From Octopus sinensis (Eukaryota), in NCBI RefSeq assembly GCF_006345805.1, contig NC_042997.1, forward strand, positions 30,752,001 to 30,816,000: 64,000 nt of DNA, read 5' to 3'. Of this stretch, positions 24,300 through 35,543 are shown in pieces. Position numbers and translations under genes: made by a program. The notes beneath the pieces were generated by a model. That model saw nothing but the letters and a program-made list of their open reading frames with translations, had not been told where the DNA came from and did not search any database. The stretch's first letter is position 1. Each line of letters starts with the position of its first letter.

Positions 24300-25578
24300 T
24301 TAAGTCCATTTTTGTCCATGAGTAGTAAAAAAATTGCAATTAGAACCATTTTACTCTGCTTGTAGAAAAAAGGAGTGCTAGGATAGTGGCAAAAGAAATT
24401 ATTGACTGTCGATGACTGTGGCACCAAACTGCTTCAGACATTTCAATGAAGGTGACACTACCCTTGAAGCCAAACTAAGGTTAGGGAGACCTTCTGTTGT
24501 GGAAGATGAGACCTTGCTTGAAATGATTACACAACAGCAAAGCACAAGGACTCATACACTGTCAGTAGTACTTGGTTCTTCAAAAAGCACCATCAATCAA
24601 CACCTGCACAAGGGGAAAGTTTACGAAAATAAACAAGAGACGAAGGCAGGTGGAGTACAAACAAACAAATGTATTTGTATAGTGCTCAGGAATAGAAATA
24701 GAAAAAGTCTTTTACGTTTCGAGCCTACGCTCTTTGACAGAAAGATACACAGAAAAAAACAAGGAGAGAAAAAAATGCCTCTACATAAGCTTGGCCTTGT
24801 GAACAGAAGCTGTTGAGAAGCTCTTCATGAACTGACCAATGACCAGGTTCAATGGCTTATGAACATGTGCAAACAATTATTGGCAAATCCTTAAGATGTT
24901 CATTTCTGGCATCAAATTGTAACTGTGGATGAAAAATGAACCTGTTTTAGTAATCCTAATAAGAGATATCAGTAACTTCATTCTGGTCAGGCGTCAGAAC
25001 CTGTTGTCAAACAAGGGCAGTTTGAAGAGGAGGTCATGTTGTGTGTTTGGCAGAATTTCAAGGAGGCGTTACATTTTGAGCATGTCCCAGGTGGTCATAC
25101 TGTGAAGGCTATCTTTTATGCTCAATGACTGCAATGAGTATATGATGCTTTGATAGTCAGCTACCTGGCATTGGTCAATTGTAGATACACACTCCTGCAG
25201 GATGGTAATGCACTAACACATGCTGTCAATGTGACCAGAAGCAAACTTGAGAAACTTGAGGGTCTGGAAGTGCTGCCTCACCCTCTCGATAGTCCAGATC
25301 TTGTACCATCAAATTACCTCCTTTTCCTTTTCTGAATCAGGGCTCATTTCCTGCATAGATGGAGGTTCAACAATGTGGATGAGGTTGAAAATGGGTGCAG
25401 AAAGTTTTTTTGCCTCTAAACCAACCAAAGGGTATAAGGGTGGAATTGAAATTCTGACACAGTGATGGCAACTGACAATAGAATATGATGGGATAGATGT
25501 ATTTTGATGTATAAATACTGTTTGAACTATTAATTAAAATTTAAAATATATAAAAAAAACTTATGACTCAACTTCGTA
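24300..25578 (+). mobile_element. Decayed mariner transposon with a Penelope-like fragment inserted at about 24612-24781
   Basis: Relics GRPSVVEDETL, KSTINQHLHK|KLGLVNR, IVTVDEK, LLQDGNA and LPHPLDSPDLVPSNY (D,D34D triad) with frameshifts. Left TIR not recognised. Confidence 0.85.
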
Positions 25579-26551
25579 TTTACATAGTTTTAGCTACCCC
25601 CACCATAACAGAAAACTATTACACATAATTAGCTGGTTATTGCTGTTTAAATTCAGGTCAGCTTTCACTTAACAAACCTATTATTAAAAGTATTTCATCT
25701 TTTTCATCAGATGAATTTTATCTTATCATTCAAGGAATCTTTTTTTTTTTTGTTCTAAAGAGTGGTGTGTGATTTGAGAGAGATTTGGCTACTACTTTTA
25801 GTAGGTTAAATAGCCATATAAAAGTCCAATCACTTGCCTGAGGTAGTTGTCAAAGAACTAGAGACACTTGCTTTATTTGATTTTTTTTATAAAAGACAAA
25901 CATGTGGCATTGGTTCAATATGGTTTTCAGTGTTTATTTCAAAGTGCCAAAGAAAAACAGAATGTTTTTGCAGACACAGCCAATATTTAGTTTTGTCAAA
26001 TAGCTAATGAGAAGACAGCAGTTTGCACATAGTCAGGTGGAAAGATGACTCTATATTAAGCAATCTTTTACCTCTTGCTTGTTTCAGTCATTGGACTGTG
26101 GCCATGCTGGGGCACTGCCTTGAAAGGTTTAGTTAAACAAATTGACTCCAGTTTTTATTTTTTAAGTCTGGTACTTACTCTACCATTACCTTTTTCCAAA
26201 CAGCTAAGTTATAGGGACGTAAACAAACTAATACCAGCAATGATATGGAGGTGGATAGACACACACACACACATTTACACATACATACAAACATACATAG
26301 ATGTTTGCCTAAGATACTGCACAATGGGATTGAACCTGAAACCATATGATTGCAAAGCTAGCTTCTTAACCACACAACCATGCCTGTGCCTTATACAAAA
26401 GAAAGAAAAAAATAAACACCAAAAATATATACCTTAACATGTAGTGGGATGTCATGTGGCAGTCGGGACCTGATGGGTTTGCTCTGCTGTCTAATCTTCT
26501 CATGTACATTTGCTTTTAGCCTTCAATTCAGCCATAACTGAAAAGCTCTAT

Positions 26552-26808
26552 GAACTTCCTTCTTTCTAGGAACTTCCTTCCTTCTAGGAACTTCCTTCCC
26601 TTCTAGGAACTTCCTTCCCTTCTAGGAACTTCCTTCCTTCTAGGAACTTCCTTCCCTTCTAGGAACTTCCTTCCTTCTAGGAACTTCCTTCCCTTCTAGG
26701 AACTTCCTTCTTTCTAGGAACTTCCTTCCCTTCTAGGAACTTCCTTCCTTCTAGGAACTTCCTCCCTTCTAGGAACTTCCTTCCTTCTAGGAACTTCCTT
26801 CCTTCTTC
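26552..26808. repeat. Minisatellite of 13 units (18-19 bp) TTCTAGGAACTTCCTTCC(C)
   Basis: 13 CTAGG cores counted directly; near-perfect units. Confidence 0.95.
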
Positions 26809-27350
26809 CTACTGGTCTTGGTCTGGCTCTCTGTCAATTACGAGTGTCCCAGTTGACTCGACCAGTAGAACAACCTACCCAAGAAGTTAGCATGCAAGTG
26901 GCTGAGTACTCCACAGATACACTTACCTTTAACGTTGTTCTCGGGGAAATTCAGCGTGACACAGGATGTGACAAGGCTGGACATTTCAAATACAGGTACA
27001 ACCTATTTTTGCCAGCTGAGTGGATTGTGGTAATGGGAAATAAAGTGTCTTGTTTAAGGACCCAATATTCTGCCCGGAATCAAACTCATGACCTTATGGT
27101 TGTGAGTCAAATACCCCACCCATTAAACCCATGTGCCCCCTTGGAGGCCCTTAAAAATTTAAAGGCTTGTCCCTGATTGAACCTATTAAAAAAAAAAGCA
27201 ACACAAAAGAACAAAATAACAAAAGCTGATCAAATACCATAAAAGCTTAGGAAAATTAAAGGTGGTAGTGTTGTTGTTGGTGGTGGTGCTGCTGCTACTG
27301 TTGATGATGATGATGCTGATGATGATGATGTTTTTTGCTTCCTTTTTCAG

Positions 27351-27458
27351 AAAGAAACAAAATCTCCAGATGTATTGAATTCTGAAGAAATTTACAATTT
27401 CGCCATTATTCTATACCAGAATGGTTTTAGTCAGCCAGGCATAATGTGTTTTATACAG
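27351..27458 (+). CDS. Exon 2 (KETKSPDVLNSEEIYNFAIILYQNGFSQPGIMCFIQ), start of PH-like domain 1
   Basis: Acceptor ttttttgcttcctttttcAG, donor CAG|GTGAGT, 108 nt, phase 0 to 0, open frame. Confidence 0.85.
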
Positions 27459-27939
27459 GTGAGTTTGAAATCCTTCTCCTCATCCTTTCTCTCCTACCCT
27501 TCCTCTTCTTCTATATCTCCTCCTCCTTCCTCCTCATCTTGCTCTTCCTCTTCACCATCGTCATTAATTAAAGTTACCTCGTGGATGCAAGACACAAATA
27601 TATCAATATATGTTGGCTTGAAAGATTTCATAAAAACTGTGAACAACCCAGGACATCAAATTGTTGCTAACAGCAATGTACTTTCAACAGTGAACAAGAA
27701 TGCATAAGAATTAAGCACATCATTAAAGAACATTAAACCCAATAGTTTGGGTATGTAAAAAGAGGATGCCAGCCTCAAAATTACCCAAAGAGATCCTGTA
27801 ATTGCACAAGGTTACCGCCAAACTGGAGTGCACCTAACTTATTATTAAGCCCAGTTCCATGAAATTCTCAGCAAAAAGCCAAAAAGAGGAAAATCTATGT
27901 CAGCAAGTAGGAGATTTACTTCTCTTCTGTAAGAGATAA

Positions 27940-28500
27940 GCCTAATTAAGTTAAGTTAAGTTAAGTTAAGTTTTGGACTCAAAAAGCAAAAAGCAAGGCC
28001 ATGTAGGGGGACATGGAGTTATGTACAAGGAGGGTGTTCATGCAAAGAGTTCAGGCCATTTCTGGTCAAGAGAGACTTTGAACCGAGTGGTCGTCGGCAT
28101 CTTCACTATCTCATCCAGCAGCTTATTCCACGGATCCGCAACCCAGACAGAGAAAGCCCCTCTTCAATTGAGATGAAATCGTCGCAGATAGAGCTTTTCG
28201 GAGTGACCCCGCAGCCGACGCTCTGGAGCAGGAGTGAAGAACAGCTCTTTTGAGAGGTTACACTTTCCGCTTATGATGTTGTGAGCAAGAATGAGATCTC
28301 CACAGCGTCATCGTTTTTCTAGAGAATAAAGGTCGAGCGTCTTCAGCCTTTCTTCATAAGACAAATGCTTGAGACCAAGAACCATGCGGGTAGCCAGCTT
28401 CTGAACTCTTTCGAGATGATGTATGTCTTTGAGGAGATAAGGAGAAGAGGCTTGAATTCCGTACTCCAATATGGGTCTCACCAGCGTGACATAGAGTGGT
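27940..28500 (-). mobile_element. 5'-truncated CR1-type LINE, ORF2 C-terminus with 3' (CTTAA)n tail
   Basis: LYVTLVRPILEYGIQASSPYLLKDIHHLERVQKLATRMVLGLKHLSYEERLKTLDLYSLEKR followed by GDLI...FSVWVADPWNKL; TTAAG tandem tail at about 27945-27972. Confidence 0.9.
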
Positions 28501-28800
28501 AGGTAATTGATTTCCATATGACAAAGAAAGGAATTAGATCTTGGTAAACGGGGATCAAATTTATGGATCTAGTGTTCCTATGTCTTTCTTTACATGATGT
28601 ACAACACCGTCACCCTGCCCTACCATTCTATTATAATACTGTCATCACTCACCATTAAAATGACAGTTACTGTCATCGATGACACATCATTATCAGTATC
28701 TTCATCATAATTACTGTATCTACCCTCAACATTACACATCATTGCTTAGTGCTTCCTCTCCGTAATTTGCTTACGGTGAGCCACTGCATAGCGCTTATTA

Positions 28801-29223
28801 GGATCTTTTCGGTTTGAACAGCAGTTTTTTCTAGCAATGTCATATGAAATTGTCACCCATAATTATGACCCTAGTATTGATCTATTGCATTTCAATCTGT
28901 TTTAGGGTTAGTTAGGGTTAGGGTTAGGGGGAAGGGTATCTTTTTTTTCTTCACAAATGTAAATAAACCCAATCTGTTTCTTAAACGAGGGACATATTCA
29001 TACGGCACAGAATGCTTTTTACCTCAATAGACGTCATTAATTGGTTGAAATTGCAGAAATTGAAGAAAAAAAAACAGCAAATATCTTACAAACTATAGAA
29101 TTTTCTCAATAAAGCCAAGAGAAAAAGATGTTATATAAACACATTCTACCAGTATACGAAGTTTAAAATTTTTTAGTTACCTAGAAATTATGTTAAAAAC
29201 TGCTGTTCAAACCGAAAAGATCC
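28801..29223. mobile_element. MITE with internal TTAGGG repeats
   Basis: 29-bp perfect TIR GGATCTTTTCGGTTTGAACAGCAGTTTTT / AAAAACTGCTGTTCAAACCGAAAAGATCC. (TTAGGG)n-like tract at about 28902-28936. No clear TSD. Confidence 0.85.
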
Positions 29224-29520
29224 GATAACTATTCTGAAATGCTTGAATCTCACAGTCTAGATAGGTAGCACTGCTAATTGACATAGGTGTATTAACATTT
29301 GTCTACAGCGAGAAAGTTTCTCTATGACAAACACAGTGAATGGCTTATTTACGAGTCCAACCATGCTACATGCATATTTCATGTAGTAATTACATTACAC
29401 ACATCACTGCTTTACACACATCACTGCTTAGTGCTCCCACTTCATAATTATCATCATCATCATCATCATCCTCAACACCATCCAGTGACATTTGAGCAAA
29501 ATATTTCTTTCTTTTTTCAG

Positions 29521-29616
29521 ATTGATTTTGCTGTTTCTGTTATTCGCATCTTAATAAAATGCAGAATAAAGTGGGAAATTCCATTCCGATGCATCAAAGA
29601 ATTCTACAACGAGGCG
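29521..29616 (+). CDS. Exon 3 (IDFAVSVIRILIKCRIKWEIPFRCIKEFYNEA)
   Basis: Acceptor tttctttcttttttcAG, donor GCG|GTATGT, 96 nt, phase 0 to 0, in frame with both neighbours. Confidence 0.8.
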
Positions 29617-31019
29617 GTATGTCCAAATCAACTAAATCCTTTGATTTGTTAAGGTTTATTCACCCGAATTTGTCTTGGTTGTCTATCAATTTGATAACCT
29701 CAGTATTTATAAGAATCTCATTTGCAACATTATGCTTTCAAGATGTTTTTGTTTCTTAATATGGGAGCTTAATGTGCCATTTCAAGTATGTACTCTTTTA
29801 CTCTTTTACTTGTTTCAGTCATTTGACTATGGCCATGCTGGAGCACTGCCTTTAGTCGAGCAGATCGACCCCAAGACTTATTCTTTGGAAGTCTAGTACT
29901 TATTCTATTGGTCTCTTTTGCCGAGCTGATAAGTTACAGGGATGTAAACACACCACCATCGGTTGTCAAGCGATGTTGGGAGGGGGGGGCAAATACAGAC
30001 ACACAAACACACACACACACATGTATACATATATACGACGGGCTTCTTTCAGTTTCCGTCTACCAAATCCACTCACAAGGCTTTGGTCAGCCCGAGGCTA
30101 TAGTAGAAGACACTTGCCCGAGGTGCCACGCAGTGGGAATGAACCCGGAACCATGTGGTTGGTAAGCAAGCTACTTATCACACAGTCACTCTTGTAAAAA
30201 AAAAAACATTAGGATTAAATGAGGTGTATGCCAAGGAATTAGCTATAGAATATAATAGAGTGTGAGGGGAACTGGTTTGGAACATAGAAGGAGCTTTTAG
30301 AGATAGGAATGATACAGACATGCCAGTTGCAAGGATAGGTTTCATTGGTTCTTTAATGCCAAAAACAAAGACTGTGTTGTCAAAGGTAAGGGAAACATTT
30401 TGAAAGCAACAAAGCAAAAGCTATGCATTGTGCCTTTGGTGGCAGAGATGCAATTGGGTTAGAAAGACACCAAACATATTCTACAGGACTGGGATAGATA
30501 TGTGGGTTATGAATCCAAAACCTGTGTAGTGTTTCTGACACTTCTTTAAGCTCTTTGGAGACAAGATGAAAACGATGAGATTTTTCTACAACGCCTGCTT
30601 CAACAATTTAATTTTGAGTTTCCTTTTCAAATGCAGAATGTTGTAAGAGATAGGATCTGAGTTAGAAGGAATGCTAGGTGATGGCTGACCATGCAACCAG
30701 CAAGTCTCTGAGGCTAAATTGTCTTCTCTGTTGATTATGATTAATTATTACAGGAAAAATTGTGATGATCTTTGGGCACTACCTATCACAACCAACAGCA
30801 GTTAGAGAGCATTGCTAATCGTGTAAATAATTGTAATCATGAAATGGCATTGCTAAAAAATAAAAACCTTAGATTTTTGCTTCCATAATTCTGTTAAATT
30901 AAAAATTCCAGGACTATTATTTGCCTTGTGCCTTTAATAGAATATTATTATTATTATTATTATTATTATTTCGTTTTTGGATTTGGTTTGCAAGATTCTT
31001 TATGTGAGTTGGTGTGTTC

Positions 31020-31235
31020 AAGCATATTTTGTTGTGTCTGGGGAGAGTCATTCTCTTTTTAGTGCCTTATTATTTAACACACTCACCGATAAAGTTTCCA
31101 CTCATTTACTACTGAAAAGGTTGCAAGATGCAATGAAAAGTTTTGGAAAAATAAATAAGTAAATGAGTGAAAACTTTACTGGTGTGTTAAATAATAAGGC
31201 ACTAAAAGAGAATGACTCTCCCCAGACACAAAATT
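31020..31235. repeat. Inverted repeat (about 70-bp arms) bracketed by (TTA)n tracts
   Basis: TGTGTCTGGGGAGAGTCATTCTCTTTTTAGTGCCTTATTATTTAACAC at about 31034 versus its reverse complement at about 31183-31230. Confidence 0.75.
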
Positions 31236-31377
31236 ATTATTATTATTATCATCATTATTATTATTATTATTGTTGTTGTTGTTATTGTTGTTGTTGTTGT
31301 TGTTGTTGTTAGTAACTTTTCGTCACTATATATATATTTGCATTGAGAACCATTTCCCATCGCCAACCAGTGATTGT

Positions 31378-31422
31378 CACACGCTGATGATAGGTAAATA
31401 CCCAGAAACTCTGGTCCGTGTG
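31378..31422 (+). ncRNA. Minimal type I hammerhead ribozyme motif
   Basis: CACACG-CUGAUGA-UAGGUAAAUACCCA-GAA-ACUCUGGU-C-CGUGUG: perfect 6-bp stem I, intact core, stem II with 1 mismatch, GUC site. Confidence 0.8.
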
Positions 31423-31637
31423 TATCACATCAGGCTGGAGATGGGAATGATAACTTCCCTTTGCAAATACTGATGTGGTACAGATAGGGTGTCAATAGCC
31501 AGCTGGAGGAGATGTCTTCCTGGGGCTACAAGCTACACTAGCATCAACCGTTAAGGGTTAAGCCACATTTAGGTGGCAAATATACTTCACGATGTCGTGT
31601 GGCTACTGTTTATACCTCACTCAGAGATTTATTATTG

Positions 31638-31672
<35 letters not shown>

Positions 31673-32149
31673 CATCATCATTATTATTATGAAAGTAGCA
31701 AACTGGCAGAATCGTTAGTATCCCGGAGGGCAAAATGCTTAGCAACATTTTGTCTGTCTTTATGTTCTGTGTTAAAATTCCTCTGAAGTCAAGTTTGCCT
31801 TTCATTCTTTTAGAGTCAATGAAATAAATACGAGTTACACACTGGGGTCAATGAAATCTACTTGTCCCTCCCCATTCCCCAAATTTCAGGTCTTCTGCCT
31901 ATAGTAGAAAGGATTATTATCATTAAAGCAGTAAGCTGGCAGAATCATTAATTAGCATGCCAGGTGAAATGCTTATCGGTATTTCATCGGCCTTCACATT
32001 CTGAGTTCAAATGCCGTTGGGATTGGCTTTGTCTTTCATCCTTTTGGGGGTTGATAAATTAAGTACCAGTTGAGTACTGAAGGTCAATGTAATCAACTTA
32101 ACCCCCCTCCCTCCAAATTTCAGGCTTTGTGCCTGTAATAGAAAGGATC

Positions 32150-32186
32150 ATTGTTGTTGTTGTTGTTGTTGTTATTATTATTATTA

Positions 32187-32229
<43 letters not shown>

Positions 32230-32311
32230 GTTGTTGTTGTTGTTGTTGTTGTGGTTGTTATTATTATTGTTATTCTTCTTTTTCTTTTTCTTTTTCTTCT
32301 TATTATTATTA

Positions 32312-32400
<89 letters not shown>
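32150..32400. repeat. Compound (TTG)/(TTA)/(TTC) microsatellite ending 30 bp upstream of exon 4
   Basis: Direct reading; source of the poly-N, poly-I and poly-L ORFs. Confidence 0.95.
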
Positions 32401-32401
<1 letters not shown>

Positions 32402-32430
32402 TTCACATTCTTTTTTTATTCTTTTTACAG

Positions 32431-32572
32431 AATACTAACGAGTTAAAAATTGTTTCTACTGATGGAGTATTAGAATTTACTGTCAATTCAGAAGACAAAG
32501 ACTATCTCTTTGAACTTCTAGGAATGGTCATTCTAGACAATGAATGTGCACAATTTGACAGGGTCAAGAAAA
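32431..32572 (+). CDS. Exon 4 (NTNELKIVSTDGVLEFTVNSEDKDYLFELLGMVILDNECAQFDRVKK), end of PH-like domain 1
   Basis: Acceptor ttttttattctttttacAG, donor A|GTAAGG, 142 nt, phase 0 to 1. Two beta-type segments followed by an amphipathic helix, as at a PH C-terminus. Confidence 0.85.
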
Positions 32573-32872
32573 GTAAGGCACAGTTTGGATTTCAGCTTTT
32601 TATTTAGTTATTTATCATTTTATGGTGTTGTTTAGACCCAGGCCAGTTCTGCTCAAACGGATCTATGATTAGAAGGGTCCCAGCCATGATAATCTCTCTC
32701 ATTTTAAAAAAAAATTCTGTGTCTGTGTAGTAAGTTATTTGTTCCCCAACCACATGATTCTAGGTTCAGTCCCACTGTGTCTCACCTTGGACAAGTGCCT
32801 TCTAATGTATCCTTGGGCCAGCCAAAAGTCTTGTGAGTGGATTTTGTAGACAGGAACTGAAAGAAGCTTGTC

Positions 32873-32915
<43 letters not shown>

Positions 32916-33260
32916 ATCATCATCATCATCATCATCGTTTAGTGTCTGTTTTCCATGCTAGCATGGGTTGGACGGGTCAACTGGGGTCTGTGAAGCTGGA
33001 AGGCTTCGTCAGGCCCAGTCAGATCTGGCAGTGTTTCTATGGCTGGATGCCCTTCCTAACGCCAACCACTCCGCGAGTGTAGTGGGTGTTTTTTACGTGC
33101 CACCTGCACAGGTGCCAGACAGAGCTGGCGAACGGCCACGAACGGATGGTGCTTTTACGTGTCACCGGCACGGGGCCAGGCGATGCTGGCAATGGACACG
33201 AACGGATGGTGCTTTTACGTGCCACCGACACGGGGCCAGACAGAGCTGGCAACCGGCCAC

Positions 33261-33296
<36 letters not shown>

Positions 33297-33928
33297 ATGT
33301 GTGTGTGTGTATATATGTTATATATATATGAGAGGTGGCTTCAGGTCATCAGCATCACTCGGGCTCATTACAGATTTTGTCACTTAGGCACATTACAGAT
33401 CCATGCCTACTCAAAGAATTTCACATTTTTCCGCAATATTTCTAGCCCCATATGGCTAATTTCTTTTTATTTGTCACTATGTCTTTCTCCATTTCTAAGT
33501 TAGGGGTAAAAATAAAGCAACCCTGCAAAACACAACCAATCTTTATACACAGACACACAGAATAACAGCAATCGAATAATGACAGATCGAGCAGGGCCAT
33601 CTACCTGAAGGAGATTGCAGTTTGACAGGCTTCCTAATTACTAAGACTTTTTGCTAGGTTAACTGAAACAAATAAAAGAAAGACAGATAAATAATGTAAA
33701 GACAGACGAAATACTGCTGAGGATTTCACCTAGCGAGCTAACGTTTCTGCCAGCTCACCGCTTTATCATACAAGTGATATTGTTCATTTCACATCACACC
33801 AAGGGGAAATATCACCTTGCTTGGAAACAGGTGAAGGTTGTCAATAGGAAAGACATCCAGCTGTAGAAAATCTGCCTCAACAAGTTCCGTCTGACTCATG
33901 CAAGCACGGAAAAGTGGCCATTAAGTGA

Positions 33929-33962
<34 letters not shown>

Positions 33963-35229
33963 GGTGGTGGTGGTGGCGGTGACGACGGTGATGACGGCGA
34001 CGACAACGACGATGATGACGATGATGACAATGATATTTTCACTCATAAGTAATTAATAAAATGAATAGAATTGATACAAAGTTATTTTGGAACACACCAA
34101 TTCCACTTTTCTCCTCTGTTCCCTGATATACCCTCCAACCTACCCTCTTACTTACCATTCTCTCATCCCTCTGTCTAGGATCCTCCTCCTCTTTCTCTTC
34201 TCTGTTCTCCCCTAGTTATAGAGGCCACTCAAAGGACTTAGCCTTATGCCCTCTCCCCTCCATCTTCTGCTGCTTTACCCCCCTCACTTTTCTTCATTTT
34301 CTTTCTTTTCCTTTCTTATCTCTCTTCTTACCTTTACTTGTTTCAGTCATTTGACTGCGGCCATGCTGGTGCACCGCCTTTAATCGGGCAATTCGACCCC
34401 AGGACTTATTCTTTTGTAAGCCCAGTACTTATTCTATCGGTCTCTTTTGCCAAACCGCTAAGTAACGGGGACATAAACACACCAGCATCGGTTGTCAAGC
34501 AATGCTAGGGGGACAAACACAAACACACAAACATATACACACACACATATATATATATATACATATATACGACGGGCTTCTTTCAGTTTCCGTCTACCAA
34601 ATCCACTCACAAGGCTTTGGTCGGCCCGAGGCTATAGTAGAAGACACTTGCCCAAGGTGCCATGCAGTGGGACTGAACCCGGAACCATGTGGTTGGTAAA
34701 CAAGCTACTTACCACACAGCTACTCCTGCACCTGTATTTAAATTTTCTTAAAAAAATATTGTTTATGAAAAAAAAAATTTTTAAGTTACAAACTAAACAT
34801 CACTAATGCTGGTGCCATAACAAAAAAAAAACGGTTCCAGTACTCTTTGTAAAGTGGTTGACATAAGGATGGGAATCCAGTCATAGAAACCATGCCAAAA
34901 AATGTATCAAGGTTTCTATGATCTAATGTGTCTTTCTTTCTTTGAGATAATATGATGTTATCATCATCATCGTTTAACATCCGTTTTCCGCGCTAGCACT
35001 AGTTGGACGGTTCGACCGGGGTCTGGGAAGCCAGGGGCTGCACCAGGCTCCAGTCTGATCTGGCAGTGTTTCTACAGCTGGATGCCCTTCCTAACGCCAA
35101 CCACTCCGCGAGTGTAGTGGGTGCTTTTTACGTGCCGCCTGCACAGGTGCCAGGGGAGTCCAGCATCGGCCACGATCGGTTGGTGCTTTTAACGTGCCAC
35201 CGGCACGGAAGCCGATTCAGGCGGCGCTG

Positions 35230-35258
35230 AGCTCAGTTGGTAGAGCGGAGGACTGTAG
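35230..35258 (+). pseudogene. 5' fragment of tRNA-Tyr(GUA): D arm and anticodon arm
   Basis: AGCTCAGTTGGTAGAGCGGAGGACTGTAG matches the conserved eukaryotic tRNA-Tyr 5' half from memory. No acceptor stem and no 3' half (T arm, B box). Confidence 0.6.
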
Positions 35259-35437
35259 TCTGATGTTATGTTAAGGGAAATTTAGTTCCTGTTATTTCTA
35301 GTAATCAAACAGCCAGATAGAAGCTCTTTTCTTTGATTCATTGTTACATTTTAATGAAATGGGTGAATTATGGTAGCATCTTTTAGATACATTGTTATTA
35401 ACTGATGAATTTTGTCTTTTTTTTTATATATTTACAG

Positions 35438-35543
35438 AAGAACTTGATAGACAATCCATGAACCTTGTCTTCAGGAATAGGAATATTTTGAAAGAAGGTA
35501 TTTTAGAGAAAAAAATTGATGCCAACATGTTGTTATGGCTGGA
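35438..35543 (+). CDS. Exon 5 (KELDRQSMNLVFRNRNILKEGILEKKIDANMLLWLE), start of PH domain 2
   Basis: Acceptor tatatttacAG, donor GA|GTATGT, 106 nt, phase 1 to 2. ILKEGILEKK...W is a typical PH beta1-beta2 signature. Confidence 0.85.

Noticed and set aside
30220-30540. Possible LINE ORF relics (also about 27600-27930)
   Set aside because: Too degraded to assign from translation by eye; needs a profile search.
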